32,000 nt of DNA. It comes from Candidatus Electronema aureum (GTDB lineage Bacteria; Desulfobacterota; Desulfobulbia; Desulfobulbales; Desulfobulbaceae). The notes below the pieces were generated by a model that searched no databases, was not told the origin of the DNA, and saw nothing but the letters and a program-made list of their open reading frames with translations. Positions 1-10,310 of this stretch are shown here, one piece after another. The translations under genes and the position numbers were made by a program. Positions within the stretch are counted from its first letter, which is position 1. Each line of letters opens with the position of its first letter. Location: positions 120,001-152,000 of the forward strand of contig NQJD01000001.1 of assembly GCA_004284765.1 (NCBI GenBank), written 5' to 3'.

Positions 1-356
<356 letters not shown>

Positions 357-358
357 TT

Positions 359-916
359 TTATTTTAAATACGGCAGCATGGCCTTGAAAGCGGGTGTACC
401 TGCTTTCTGAAGAAATTCGTAAATGATCATCTCTGCTGGAGCCAAGACCACGCCGATCTCGCGCAGCCGCTGCTGGCCGTAGGCATGGTTTTCCGGCGTG
501 CGCGAGGAGATGGCATCCGCCACAACCTGCACCTCATAGCCTTCTTGGATAGCTCCAACCGCTGTTTGCCAGACGCAGATGTGGCTTTCCACCCCGCAAA
601 GCAGCAGAGTATGCACCAAGGCTGAACGGCTGTGCAGTATCTTCCGCACGCCTGAATTGGCCAGGGCGTTGAACTCCATTTTGTCTGCGCTGGGCCAGTC
701 AGCAAGCAGCGGGGCCAGTTCCGGCACAAAGGGGCCAATCCGCTCTTTGTTCTGCGTACAGGTGATCACCGGGATGTCCAGCACCGAGGCAAGGCGAACC
801 ATCAGGCTGATGTTTTTCACCACCCGCGCCGCCTGATGGATGTGGGCCATCAGGCGTTCCTGGGGATCAATCACAACGAGGCAGCATTCCTGCGGCAGGA
901 GTTGTCCGATGTTCAT
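359..916 (-). CDS. Isochorismatase-family cysteine hydrolase
   Basis: 185-aa ORF with an ATG at 916. It has the family pattern: an N-terminal LVVIDPQ aspartate strand and LLLCGVESHICVWQTA with the catalytic-type Cys. Confidence 0.75.
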   Translation of the reverse strand: MNIGQLLPQECCLVVIDPQERLMAHIHQAARVVKNISLMVRLASVLDIPVITCTQNKERIGPFVPELAPLLADWPSADKMEFNALANSGVRKILHSRSALVHTLLLCGVESHICVWQTAVGAIQEGYEVQVVADAISSRTPENHAYGQQRLREIGVVLAPAEMIIYEFLQKAGTPAFKAMLPYLK

Positions 917-1052
917 ATCTTATTCATGCTGATGTTGATGACTGCCCTGTCCTTTTTAGTGGGCAGTGACAGAAGTTGCAACAGAAAAACGAAAGCTGGG
1001 GCAGCGGCCCGCAGAATACACTATTTTGGAGAAAAGAGGAAGAAAGAGAAAA

Positions 1053-4000
1053 TCATTTCTCCAGCGACCAGATCAAATCTGCGCCGGTAGTCTTTGAGGT
1101 ATTTTCCGTCTCCACTGAGAAGCCGTACTTGAGATCATAGCGAGCCTTGAACGAGCCACCTTCACCGGTTAAGTCTTTGCCGTAGCTGAGGTAGAGGTCT
1201 TTGTATATCTCCTTGCCCATCACTAAGGAAACGTCAGAGGCCTCCTTACCGCCACCAATGCTCACATCAACGAAATCCTCCATGTCAATGACAGCAAGCG
1301 GATTGACCGACTTAAGCAATGCGCCACCGCCCACCTTACTGAGAGCTGCAGCCGCAGGGGAAAGGGTTGCATCGCCTCTACTGCTGGACATTCCGTTTTG
1401 CCCGGTTAGTAGCCAAGAGAGGATTTCCGAGTCATCCATCGCGGTATCAGAGAACAGCTTCATGTCCATGTTGCTGGCATTGCCAGTGAGATGAATGCCT
1501 GCCTCGACCTTATTGACCTTTCTCGAAGCTCGGATGTCCAAGCCGGGGTTGTCGATTGGGCCTCCCTGATAGAATATCCGCCCTTCATTCAGCTGTAGCG
1601 AGACCCCTTCAAAGTCCACTGACGCATCACGCAGGCTGAGAGTACCCAACGCAGTAACAGCACGATCTGGCTTGGCATTGATCTTCAGGTCGCCATCTAA
1701 GAAGCCCTTGAGTCCAAAGGCATCTACAGCTACCTCGTTGCCTAAGGCTAACGCGACCTCCACCGACAACGGCAGGGTGTTCTCTGGCGGTTTGCCCTCA
1801 CTGTCTATCACGATCACATCCTTAGAGGAGGTAGCAGCACCGCTAAAGCCTGTGGGTGCAATTCGTGCCTTGGGTACAGCAAGGGTGCCAGTCAGGGTCG
1901 TGCCTCTTTTGCCGTACCCTAAGCGGAGATCAGGGCTGACCCAGACTTGGTATTCGGGCAGATCAACAGCTTGGAACGCCTGTCCCTGAAGAGTGAACTC
2001 CGCCTGTAACGGCTCGTTTGGCGTGCGACTGACCATGCCTTGCGCTCGCAGCGTACCTGTGCCAGAAGCCACCTGAAGATCGACTTTGTTCGCGTTGCCA
2101 TCGCCCTCTACAGCTAAACGTAGCTCGCGAAGATTGATCCCAGCCGCTGGGATATGAATCTTGCCCTCTCCGCTTTTACCGTTCTTCAGCGTCAAGAGAC
2201 CGTTTAACGTAGGCCGTGCCGCAGTGCCACGCAGGTCAACGGTGCCACCAAAGCCACCCGTGGTTTGAATTGCATAGCCCGTGAGCTTAGTAAGCGGGCT
2301 GATATCCCTGATGTTTACGTTAAGCTGCCCAGACAAGGGCATCTGCTCTGTCTGCTTGAAGTTGCCACAGTTGCTTGCTGTGGCTGCAAGCGCAGCCGTG
2401 CTGCCGTCCTGAAATGTAGTCTGGGCAGTCAGGTGAAACGTGTCGTCGTGCAACCGCGCTGCAATCCGATTATCCTGCCATGTCCAGGTTGTTTCCCCTT
2501 CCTCATCATAGTTCTCCGCAGTCAAGGCTAACGTTGGTAAGGAAAGCGTTAGCTCGGCGTGCTGCGGAACCGCGCCCTGCCCTTGTGCTGCTGCTGTCAA
2601 GGCTACCTCGCCATGCATCACCGGGAAGTTCTCCGGCACTGGCACCTGCCATGTGTGCAGCAGGTCAAGCGAGAGGTGATCAAGCTGGGTCTGCACCTGC
2701 CAACCACTCGCTTTCTGCCATTGGCCGCTGATTGCCGCCCGTACCCGATTTTGCACCAAAGCAAAGCCGGAGAGTGCGCAGTGTTCTGCTGCCAACGTCA
2801 AAGCAGCTGCCTTATCCGTCTTCCACGTGCCGAACTGCTTGTTGATGAGTTCCAGTTCGGCAAGCTGGCCCTGCCACTGTTGTTCCTTCCAACCACCCGC
2901 TACCGCTAACTGCAGCTTGCCAGGACTCCCCTCAGCAGCAAAATCCAACCTGTGTTGCTCGGCACTGCCCTTAGCGCGTATATTCGCCGTCCTAATGGTC
3001 TCTTGCTTGACCTGAATACCCGCCGCCTTGATCTCTGCATCCACGTGGCCGGTAGGCGATAAGTCTGCCTTGATTGCCGCAGTTAGCTCCTTCAAGCCAT
3101 ACTCCTGCATCCTCAGCTGAGAGCCGCTGGCAGTGAGAGTGATGCTCGGCTGCTGCGGCTTGCCACTGACTGCACCTTCTAACCTGAACTTGCCCTGCGC
3201 TGCTGGGACAAGATGAGCAAGATCATCTGAGCCAGCCTTGAAGGTAAGTAAGGGAATAGCGGGCCGTATCCCTCCATTCTCTACATTCACCTGCCCGTTG
3301 ATCTGCACATAGCTTGAGCCGGACTGAAGACGCAAGGCATCGACCGTCAATGCTTTACCATCTAGCTTGGCCTTGCCGCTACCAGTAAGCGGGAAGCCAC
3401 GCAGCATACCTGACAGCGTATCAATCTGTACTTCAGCAGTGAGCTGGTCTGTGGTCTTGCTACCTTGGCTCCGTAGTTCGGCATTGATTGCGCCCGGCCA
3501 GTCTGGGGCGATGAGGCTAGGATCAAGCTCTGCTGCCTTTACCGCTGCTTGCCAAGACAAGCCGCCGACCCAACCAAGCTGGCCTGTAAGCTGCAAGGCT
3601 GACTTGCCATCTGCTACGAGGCGGAGATCGTGGACGTTGAGGCCGCTGTTGTCCTTGCTCAACGAGAGATCAGCGGTTACATCAGCTTGCAAATCTGGCA
3701 GACTACGCTCTTGTATGCGCAAGCCTGTGCCGTTCACGTTGAGCTGCACCGCACTTTGCTCGATGGTACCAACCACACTACCTTGCAACTGCGCCGCACC
3801 GCTGTAGTTCGGTAAGAATTCACTTAGATCCGCTACGTCTGCCTGTACAGTCAGATCAAGCGTCTTGTCCACCGCTGCCTTGCCCTTGAGCCGTACCGTG
3901 CCAGAGCCAGCTTGTAAGGTAAGTGCGTCGATGGTCAGGCTTTTATCGGCCAACGCCAATGTACCATCGAGCTGAAAGGGCTGACCGCGCAGCTCCCCGC

Positions 4001-5228
4001 CAATGCCTTCAAGACTGACTGCAAGCTCCTGCGTGCCTGCGGCCAACCTACCGCTGCTACGAAGCAGGCCACTGATCTTGCCCGGCCATGCAGCAGCAGC
4101 GAGGGCAGGATTCAGCTCCTTGCTCTCTAACTCTGCTTGCCACGAGAAGCCGCCTTTCCAGTGCATATCGCCGCGCAAGGTCAGCTCGGCAGCATCTTGC
4201 TTAACCGTGAGGTAATCGACCTTGAGACCAGCATAATCGTTTGCTGTTACCTTGGCTTCTGCTTGCACCGTAGGATAGCCTGCGTAATGAATATCTGCCG
4301 CCAGCACGCCGCTGTAGCTCTTCACCGTGCCGTTTGCCTCAACAATACGTAGGTTGCCATCGACTGGCACATTCACCTTGATATCACTGAGCTGGAAATG
4401 ACCGGTCTTTGCTGCTGCCTGCCAATGCAGATTGTTGAGTAGATCAGTGACTTGCCCCTGTAAGGTGACTTTCGCCGGGCTACTCATGGTTGCTGATACC
4501 GCCACCTTATCCATGTCGCCCTGTGCCTCTGCTGTGCCGCGCAGCTCGTTGATACCGTGATCAGCTACCCGCCAGCTCCCACTGAGATGCAAAGGCCAGC
4601 TGCCGCTGCACTGTACGCTACCACGCAGGTCTGCGCTGTATTGTAGGCTGTCTAGTTTGATCCGAGCAATCTCGGTCTGATCATCGCGGGCAGAAGCCTG
4701 AAGCAGCACCTCGTTGATCAGCAGCGGCTCTGCTTTACCGGGCAGGAATATCCGGCTGTCCTGCAACAGCAGCTCATCGATCCGCACACCAAATGGGAGA
4801 CGAATCTTTGGTAGAATGAGCTGCTTGCGTGCTTTCTTTTCTGCCTTCTTCGCTGACTCAGTTATGCGGACAGTGAGACCACGCGCGGTAATCCGACGAA
4901 GACGCAGTTCACGGTTGATAAAGAGGGCTTTTGGCTCCCAACGGAAGGTGAATTCGTCTAAGCTGATGTTCGCCTCATCCTTAACCTGAATCTGGAGCTT
5001 GCCAATACGCCAGCTATCGATCAAGCGACCTTCAGTCTGCTCGGCAGAGAAAAGCGGCCCTGTCACGTTAGTTACAGAACGCAGCAGCAGCTGCAAGCCT
5101 GTCTCTGTGCTGAGAAGAAAGACCAACCCAGCAAGCGGCAGCAACGCAAGCAGAGCTGACCACATTAGCAGCCTACCGCAGCGGCGACGCTCCTTGCCTG
5201 CTTCTGGTTTCTCAGCAGTCTCGGTCAC
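1053..5228 (-). CDS. tamB: Translocation and assembly module subunit TamB (DUF490 C-terminus)
   Basis: 1391-aa ORF with an N-terminal signal anchor (LLMWSALLALLPLAGLVFLL) and long repetitive beta-rich sequence. The C-terminal DUF490-like tail is ...YLSYGKDLTGEGGSFKARYDLKYGFSVETE.... Its GTG start overlaps the tamA stop (GTGA), the classic tamA-tamB arrangement. Confidence 0.85.
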   Translation of the reverse strand: MTETAEKPEAGKERRRCGRLLMWSALLALLPLAGLVFLLSTETGLQLLLRSVTNVTGPLFSAEQTEGRLIDSWRIGKLQIQVKDEANISLDEFTFRWEPKALFINRELRLRRITARGLTVRITESAKKAEKKARKQLILPKIRLPFGVRIDELLLQDSRIFLPGKAEPLLINEVLLQASARDDQTEIARIKLDSLQYSADLRGSVQCSGSWPLHLSGSWRVADHGINELRGTAEAQGDMDKVAVSATMSSPAKVTLQGQVTDLLNNLHWQAAAKTGHFQLSDIKVNVPVDGNLRIVEANGTVKSYSGVLAADIHYAGYPTVQAEAKVTANDYAGLKVDYLTVKQDAAELTLRGDMHWKGGFSWQAELESKELNPALAAAAWPGKISGLLRSSGRLAAGTQELAVSLEGIGGELRGQPFQLDGTLALADKSLTIDALTLQAGSGTVRLKGKAAVDKTLDLTVQADVADLSEFLPNYSGAAQLQGSVVGTIEQSAVQLNVNGTGLRIQERSLPDLQADVTADLSLSKDNSGLNVHDLRLVADGKSALQLTGQLGWVGGLSWQAAVKAAELDPSLIAPDWPGAINAELRSQGSKTTDQLTAEVQIDTLSGMLRGFPLTGSGKAKLDGKALTVDALRLQSGSSYVQINGQVNVENGGIRPAIPLLTFKAGSDDLAHLVPAAQGKFRLEGAVSGKPQQPSITLTASGSQLRMQEYGLKELTAAIKADLSPTGHVDAEIKAAGIQVKQETIRTANIRAKGSAEQHRLDFAAEGSPGKLQLAVAGGWKEQQWQGQLAELELINKQFGTWKTDKAAALTLAAEHCALSGFALVQNRVRAAISGQWQKASGWQVQTQLDHLSLDLLHTWQVPVPENFPVMHGEVALTAAAQGQGAVPQHAELTLSLPTLALTAENYDEEGETTWTWQDNRIAARLHDDTFHLTAQTTFQDGSTAALAATASNCGNFKQTEQMPLSGQLNVNIRDISPLTKLTGYAIQTTGGFGGTVDLRGTAARPTLNGLLTLKNGKSGEGKIHIPAAGINLRELRLAVEGDGNANKVDLQVASGTGTLRAQGMVSRTPNEPLQAEFTLQGQAFQAVDLPEYQVWVSPDLRLGYGKRGTTLTGTLAVPKARIAPTGFSGAATSSKDVIVIDSEGKPPENTLPLSVEVALALGNEVAVDAFGLKGFLDGDLKINAKPDRAVTALGTLSLRDASVDFEGVSLQLNEGRIFYQGGPIDNPGLDIRASRKVNKVEAGIHLTGNASNMDMKLFSDTAMDDSEILSWLLTGQNGMSSSRGDATLSPAAAALSKVGGGALLKSVNPLAVIDMEDFVDVSIGGGKEASDVSLVMGKEIYKDLYLSYGKDLTGEGGSFKARYDLKYGFSVETENTSKTTGADLIWSLEK

Positions 5229-7033
5229 AAATCTGCTCCCAGCGTGAGATGAATACGCAGCGAGAAGCCCTCTTCTGAGATAGCATCAGCAAGATCAAGG
5301 CGAATCTGACCGAAGGGCAAGGTCATGCGTACACCTACGCCCACACCTTGCTGAAGGTTGGCATCAATGGTGTCATAGGCATTACCGAGATCATAAAAGA
5401 CCGCTGCGCTCCATATACCAAAGAGCTTGCGTTCCAGCTCAACGCTGCCCTCAGTCAAATACTGGCCGCCCACTACTCGGCCTGAGTTGTCAGTTGGGCC
5501 GAGAGACTTGTAGCCATAGCCGCGCACAGATTGATCACCACCAGCGTAAAAGCGTAACGAAGGCGGTAGCTTATCAATCGACTCCATTGTTGTGGCCCCA
5601 AAGCTCGCCCGACCAATCACGCGCCATTTCTCTGCCACGCTCAGGATAGCCTTGCCACCCACGCGAAACTGAAAAAAGCTGGTGCTAGCAAAGTACGGAG
5701 CCTGTGCGCCTCGAATGCTACCACTGACGCGAATCCCATGATCCGTGTTGACTCGATTCTCAGCAAGAATCATCGTCAAGAAGGCATTGGGCATGAGCAG
5801 CCAAGTGCTGTCGTCCTGCCTACCGCCCACCGTATATGCCTCGTGCAAATACTCTACCCCAGCACCGAACTGATACTTAGGGCCATTGTGCTTGATGGTC
5901 GAGCCAAAGGTGTACTGACTAATCTCGGTGTCGTCCCAGCTTTCTTCAGAATACAGGGTATCAAAGCCAATCGTATCGTAGCGCAAATCAAGAATCGGCA
6001 CAGGGATTTCATAGCCACCAACTGCTCTGCTGCCTTTCTCTGCTAACTGGACGTTGAACGAAGGCCGGTGGCCTTGGCGGTTGATCATGCGGTTCTTCCA
6101 GCCGATATTGCCGCGCACGCCGGTATCTGTGCCGTAGCCACCACCAAGGCTGTAGCGATTCTTGGGCGCAGGCTGAAGATGCAGTTCCACCGGTACTTCG
6201 TGCTGTTCCTCTTCAGGTGGCAAGAGCTTTGGCTCTACCGTCACTTGGCTAAAGTAGCCGGTGGAATAGAGGTCGCTTTGGAGCCGATTCAAAGCCTCTA
6301 ATGAATAGACATCACCCGGCTTATAGGAGACATAGTGTTGCAGCAACTCTGGCTTGAGGATGTACTGGCTGCTGGAGGTCGCGCCGAAGACATGCAGCGG
6401 CCCAGAGTCGAGACAGAGGCGGATCGCGGCTTTATGATCCTTGGCTTTAACCTCGACCCTACTTTCGGTGAATCGCGCCCGGATATAGCCATTACTCAAG
6501 GCAAGGTTAAGGATGCGTTTCTTGCCTGCTTCGTAGCGACCATCGTTGAGCCGGTCGCCGCGCTGAAGAGGGAATTTGGCTGCCAGATTCTTCAACGCCT
6601 CATGCGCTTTACCCGGCCCAGTGACCTCAATGCTCAAGCTCTCAACCAGTACCGCTGGCCCTGTCTCCACCTCGTACAGCGCGTACCACCTGCTGCCATT
6701 CTTCTCAAGCACACCTTTGCCATTATTATTTGTCACCTTTGCCGCGTAATAACCAAAGGGCGTGAGTGCCTTAGCGATCTGCTCAGGGGCTTGCTTATGC
6801 AGGCGACGCATCTGGCCTGCGCTGAGATTGGCTTCTTGTTTCTGCTGGGCTATCTTGAGATTCGCGATGATGTTCTGGTGCAATTCACCTTCAACGCCTT
6901 TGACAAGGACATCAGGCGGCATGGCCCAAGCAAGCGTTGGCAGGAGGAGGAAGAGAAAGAGGGCAACCACGTAGCGTTGTACAAAGGTTATGCAGCTCAG
7001 AGACCTGCTACCATCTGCCACTGTGTATGCCAT
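5225..7033 (-). CDS. tamA: Omp85/BamA-family outer membrane protein TamA (POTRA repeats plus surface-antigen beta-barrel)
   Basis: 602-aa ORF with a signal peptide (LFLFLLLPTLAWA). It has an N-terminal POTRA-like region and a C-terminal barrel with the Omp85 motif RFYAGGDQSVRGYGYKSLGP, ending in an aromatic-rich tail. It is translationally coupled to tamB. Confidence 0.85.
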   Translation of the reverse strand: MAYTVADGSRSLSCITFVQRYVVALFLFLLLPTLAWAMPPDVLVKGVEGELHQNIIANLKIAQQKQEANLSAGQMRRLHKQAPEQIAKALTPFGYYAAKVTNNNGKGVLEKNGSRWYALYEVETGPAVLVESLSIEVTGPGKAHEALKNLAAKFPLQRGDRLNDGRYEAGKKRILNLALSNGYIRARFTESRVEVKAKDHKAAIRLCLDSGPLHVFGATSSSQYILKPELLQHYVSYKPGDVYSLEALNRLQSDLYSTGYFSQVTVEPKLLPPEEEQHEVPVELHLQPAPKNRYSLGGGYGTDTGVRGNIGWKNRMINRQGHRPSFNVQLAEKGSRAVGGYEIPVPILDLRYDTIGFDTLYSEESWDDTEISQYTFGSTIKHNGPKYQFGAGVEYLHEAYTVGGRQDDSTWLLMPNAFLTMILAENRVNTDHGIRVSGSIRGAQAPYFASTSFFQFRVGGKAILSVAEKWRVIGRASFGATTMESIDKLPPSLRFYAGGDQSVRGYGYKSLGPTDNSGRVVGGQYLTEGSVELERKLFGIWSAAVFYDLGNAYDTIDANLQQGVGVGVRMTLPFGQIRLDLADAISEEGFSLRIHLTLGADL

Positions 7034-7406
7034 GTGCTGTGTCGAAGAGTTTATAGCTATCTGTCACGCCTTGTGCCTGCTCCTGCTTGAAGGATACACA
7101 ATCTGAAGGCCCATGCACAGCCCTTTGTAGCCGCAGTGCGGCAGGAGAGGCACAGCTTGAACGACTACCTGCGGAGGAAAAGCTGTCGTTGATCGTTACT
7201 GCCGAAGATACCCGCCTCAAGCTAAACGATGTCTACTCCGCAAGTTGCGGCTTATGCAAGAGGGCAAGAGGTCTACAAAAGGAGCGCTGTTCCAAAAAAA
7301 GGGAGCCTCTCCAGTTTCTGCGTAGTTGATTCCTTGCGGAAACGTTGATTCCAGATTAAAAATGAGCAATCCCCTTGATCAAATTCTCAGCCAAAGGAGA
7401 AACGCC

Positions 7407-8039
7407 ATGAAAAACGAACTGACCCGCCGTGAAGTGATGAGCTATGCCGCTGTCGGTGCGGCAGGACTGCTGCTGCCCGCTGTCAGCGAGGCCGGGGTTT
7501 GGAGCTGCATCAAATATGTGGCCCGCCTTCAGCCGACCCGCTTTATTGCCGGGCTGATTTTTGATGTCGGCAAGGCGGTGGTGGTTGATCTGGCCTCTGA
7601 TGCGATTGTCAAAGGATTGTCACGGCAGCATTACAGCTATTCTGGCATTGCCGATTTGGGCTACAGCGTCGGCACGAACCGCAGCCTCAGCGCAGTTGCC
7701 GATGAAAGCAATTTCAAGCCGGTTCATTACAAAGCCTCGGTAATCACGCTGGGCATTGCTGATTATGAGCTGCATCCGCAGCGGACATTCAAGATGCAGC
7801 TGAACAGCGAAGAGGAAAAGCGGCGTTTCCAGACCGTGCTGCGGTATCTTCAGGATGAGCGGATCAGAATCAAGATTGCGGGCATGGGCTATGCTAAACC
7901 TGCCAACGAATTTGGCGACCTTGAACCGGATGATCTGCTGACCTTGGAGCGTTGGCATTTGGAAGGAAATCAAGAGGCCCACGTGAAGGAACTGATTGCC
8001 GCAACCGGGGTTTCCGCTTTTGATGAGCTGACGGCATGA
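7407..8039 (+). CDS. Hypothetical exported protein with a Tat-type signal peptide
   Basis: The ATG at 7407 follows AAGGAG by 7 nt. The N-terminus MKNELTRREVMSYAAVGAAGLLLPAVSEA has a twin-arginine motif, a hydrophobic core and an AxA-like cleavage site. I recognise no family in the mature part. The track ORF (7326) starts upstream, but without an RBS. Confidence 0.6.
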   Translation: MKNELTRREVMSYAAVGAAGLLLPAVSEAGVWSCIKYVARLQPTRFIAGLIFDVGKAVVVDLASDAIVKGLSRQHYSYSGIADLGYSVGTNRSLSAVADESNFKPVHYKASVITLGIADYELHPQRTFKMQLNSEEEKRRFQTVLRYLQDERIRIKIAGMGYAKPANEFGDLEPDDLLTLERWHLEGNQEAHVKELIAATGVSAFDELTA

Positions 8040-8070
8040 TGCCAAGCAGGGGAACAACCAACATTCTCCC

Positions 8071-9687
8071 ATGAAAAAGATACTGTTCTCCTTGTGCTTC
8101 TGTCTGCTGCCATCCTTGTCAGCCGGGCAAGAGCTATTCACGGCTGATGATGTTCGCATCATGCACGATGCAGGTGTCAAGGTGGCGTTTCCCGGTGAAA
8201 GAACCGCGCAGGTTTTGCCTGCCGATGCTCCGCTCAACGAACTGCTCAAGGTGGAGATGCTGGATTTTTCCAATTCCTCGTTGCACAGAATCCCGCCGTG
8301 GCTGAAACGCTTCACCAACCTGCTCAAATTAGATTTATCTAAAAATCAGTTGGATGCGGACAGCGATCTGCTTGAAACCTTGCAGGCGATGCCGAAGTTG
8401 GACGTGCTGAACCTTTCCGGCAATCCGCTCTTTGCCGGAGAAACGGCTGCCCAGAGCCTTGCTCCGGTTTGGCAGCGTTTGAACGAGCTGGGGGAACTGT
8501 ATTTGAGCGAAACGCAGGGTGCGGCAAAGAATTACGGCTCGCTGGCTCCGTTGCAGTCGCTGAAGGTGCTTGATTTGAGCAACAACCAGATTGCAAACGA
8601 AGTCGGCGCATTGGAGCTGAACAAGCTGGCCGGCTTGGAAGAGCTGAATTTGTCGAAAAACGGCATGAGCACATTTCCAGCAACAGAACTGCCTGCGCAA
8701 GGTTTGAAATCGCTTGATCTGAGCTTCAATGAGCTGACAGAAATTTCCTATGTGGAGATGAACGAGCTGAGAATTTGGCAATTGCACAAGCAGGAAAATG
8801 GCCCAGTGCGGCTGGCGGAGGATTACGGCGATTTGTTCGCTCTGAAAGAGCTTAAAAAGCTGCAATGTGACAGCCCTTCGCAGCTGCCGGAAGGGCTGAA
8901 GAAGAGATTGGAGCGCATGGCGCAGGACAGGCTGCATGAACAACGCCGTTCTGCCTGCGCTGAATTTGGGCTTGGCAGCTGCGACAGCGGCGTGATGACT
9001 GACCCAGTTTCCGGGATGCAGTTTATGTACATTCCCGGCGGCTGTTTTGACATGGGTTCAGATGAAAATGATGATGAGAAGCCGGTGCATGAAGTCTGCG
9101 TCAATGCGTTCTGGATGGGAAAATATGAAGTGACGCAGGGGCAGTGGCGGAAAGTCATGGGCGGCAATCCGGCCAAATTTCAGAAAGGCGATGACTATCC
9201 GGTGGAGCAGGTTTCGTGGAAGGAGGCGCAGGAGTTCATCACCAAGCTGACCAGCATGACAGGGAAGAAGTTCAGCTTGCCTGCTGAGGCGGAATGGGAA
9301 TACGCCTGCCGGGCTGGCGGCTCCGGCAGATATTGCGGCGGCGATGATCCTGATCTTGTGGCCTGGTATGATGGGAACAGCGGCGGCAACACGCATCCAG
9401 TCGGCGGCAAAGAGAAGAATTTCTTTGGGCTGCACGACATGAGCGGCAATGTCTGGGAGTGGTGTTCGGATTGGTACGGAAAGGATTACTACGCCTCCAG
9501 CCCCAAGGACAATCCGACTGGGCCTGAGAGGGGCGGGTACCGCGTTTTGCGCGGCGGCAGCTTTTTCTACTTTTCGCAGGGCTGCCGCGCTGTCTATCGG
9601 TATGGCTATTCGCCGGGGAATCGCGATGGCTTCCTTGGCTTGCGCCTTGTTCTCCCCCTTCCAGGCGGAAGGATGCTGAACCGGTAG
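8071..9687 (+). CDS. Secreted leucine-rich-repeat protein fused to an FGE-sulfatase (SUMF1/EgtB/PvdO-type) domain
   Basis: Signal peptide MKKILFSLCFCLLPSLSAG. There are at least 5 LRR units (LDLSKNQL, LNLSGNPL, LDLSNNQI, LNLSKNGM, LDLSFNEL). The C-terminal domain carries FGE-sulfatase signatures (FWMGKYEVTQGQW, PVEQVSWKEAQEF, LPAEAEWEYACRAG, GNVWEWCSDWY, RVLRGGSF). Confidence 0.8.
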   Translation: MKKILFSLCFCLLPSLSAGQELFTADDVRIMHDAGVKVAFPGERTAQVLPADAPLNELLKVEMLDFSNSSLHRIPPWLKRFTNLLKLDLSKNQLDADSDLLETLQAMPKLDVLNLSGNPLFAGETAAQSLAPVWQRLNELGELYLSETQGAAKNYGSLAPLQSLKVLDLSNNQIANEVGALELNKLAGLEELNLSKNGMSTFPATELPAQGLKSLDLSFNELTEISYVEMNELRIWQLHKQENGPVRLAEDYGDLFALKELKKLQCDSPSQLPEGLKKRLERMAQDRLHEQRRSACAEFGLGSCDSGVMTDPVSGMQFMYIPGGCFDMGSDENDDEKPVHEVCVNAFWMGKYEVTQGQWRKVMGGNPAKFQKGDDYPVEQVSWKEAQEFITKLTSMTGKKFSLPAEAEWEYACRAGGSGRYCGGDDPDLVAWYDGNSGGNTHPVGGKEKNFFGLHDMSGNVWEWCSDWYGKDYYASSPKDNPTGPERGGYRVLRGGSFFYFSQGCRAVYRYGYSPGNRDGFLGLRLVLPLPGGRMLNR

Positions 9688-9768
9688 TTCCCGTGAGCAA
9701 AAAAAGAAAAATCTTCCTTGCCGCGCAATGACTTTTGCGCAAACGCATCTGGTTTGCGGCTGTGCATT

Positions 9769-9796
9769 GTAGGGGCGAAAAATTTTTCGCCCCTAC
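9769..9796. repeat. Perfect 28-bp palindrome GTAGGGGCGAAAAATTTTTCGCCCCTAC (second copy of the REP-like core)
   Basis: Read directly from the sequence. It shares the GTAGGGGCGA / TCGCCCCTAC arms with the element at 298..356. It is intergenic, downstream of the LRR-FGE gene. Confidence 0.75.
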
Positions 9797-9827
9797 GCAA
9801 CAAATCCAAATCCATAACAAAAGATAG

Positions 9828-10310
<483 letters not shown>

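Noticed and set aside
1201-5247. Numerous 60-146-aa + strand ORFs inside the tamB region
   Set aside because: All lie antisense to the 1391-aa TamB reading frame. They are Ser/Pro/Arg/Ala-rich, low-complexity translations typical of antisense frames in GC-rich coding DNA.
6335-7090. 251-aa + strand ORF
   Set aside because: It is antisense to tamA, whose Omp85 motifs are clear. It has no RBS or recognisable domain.
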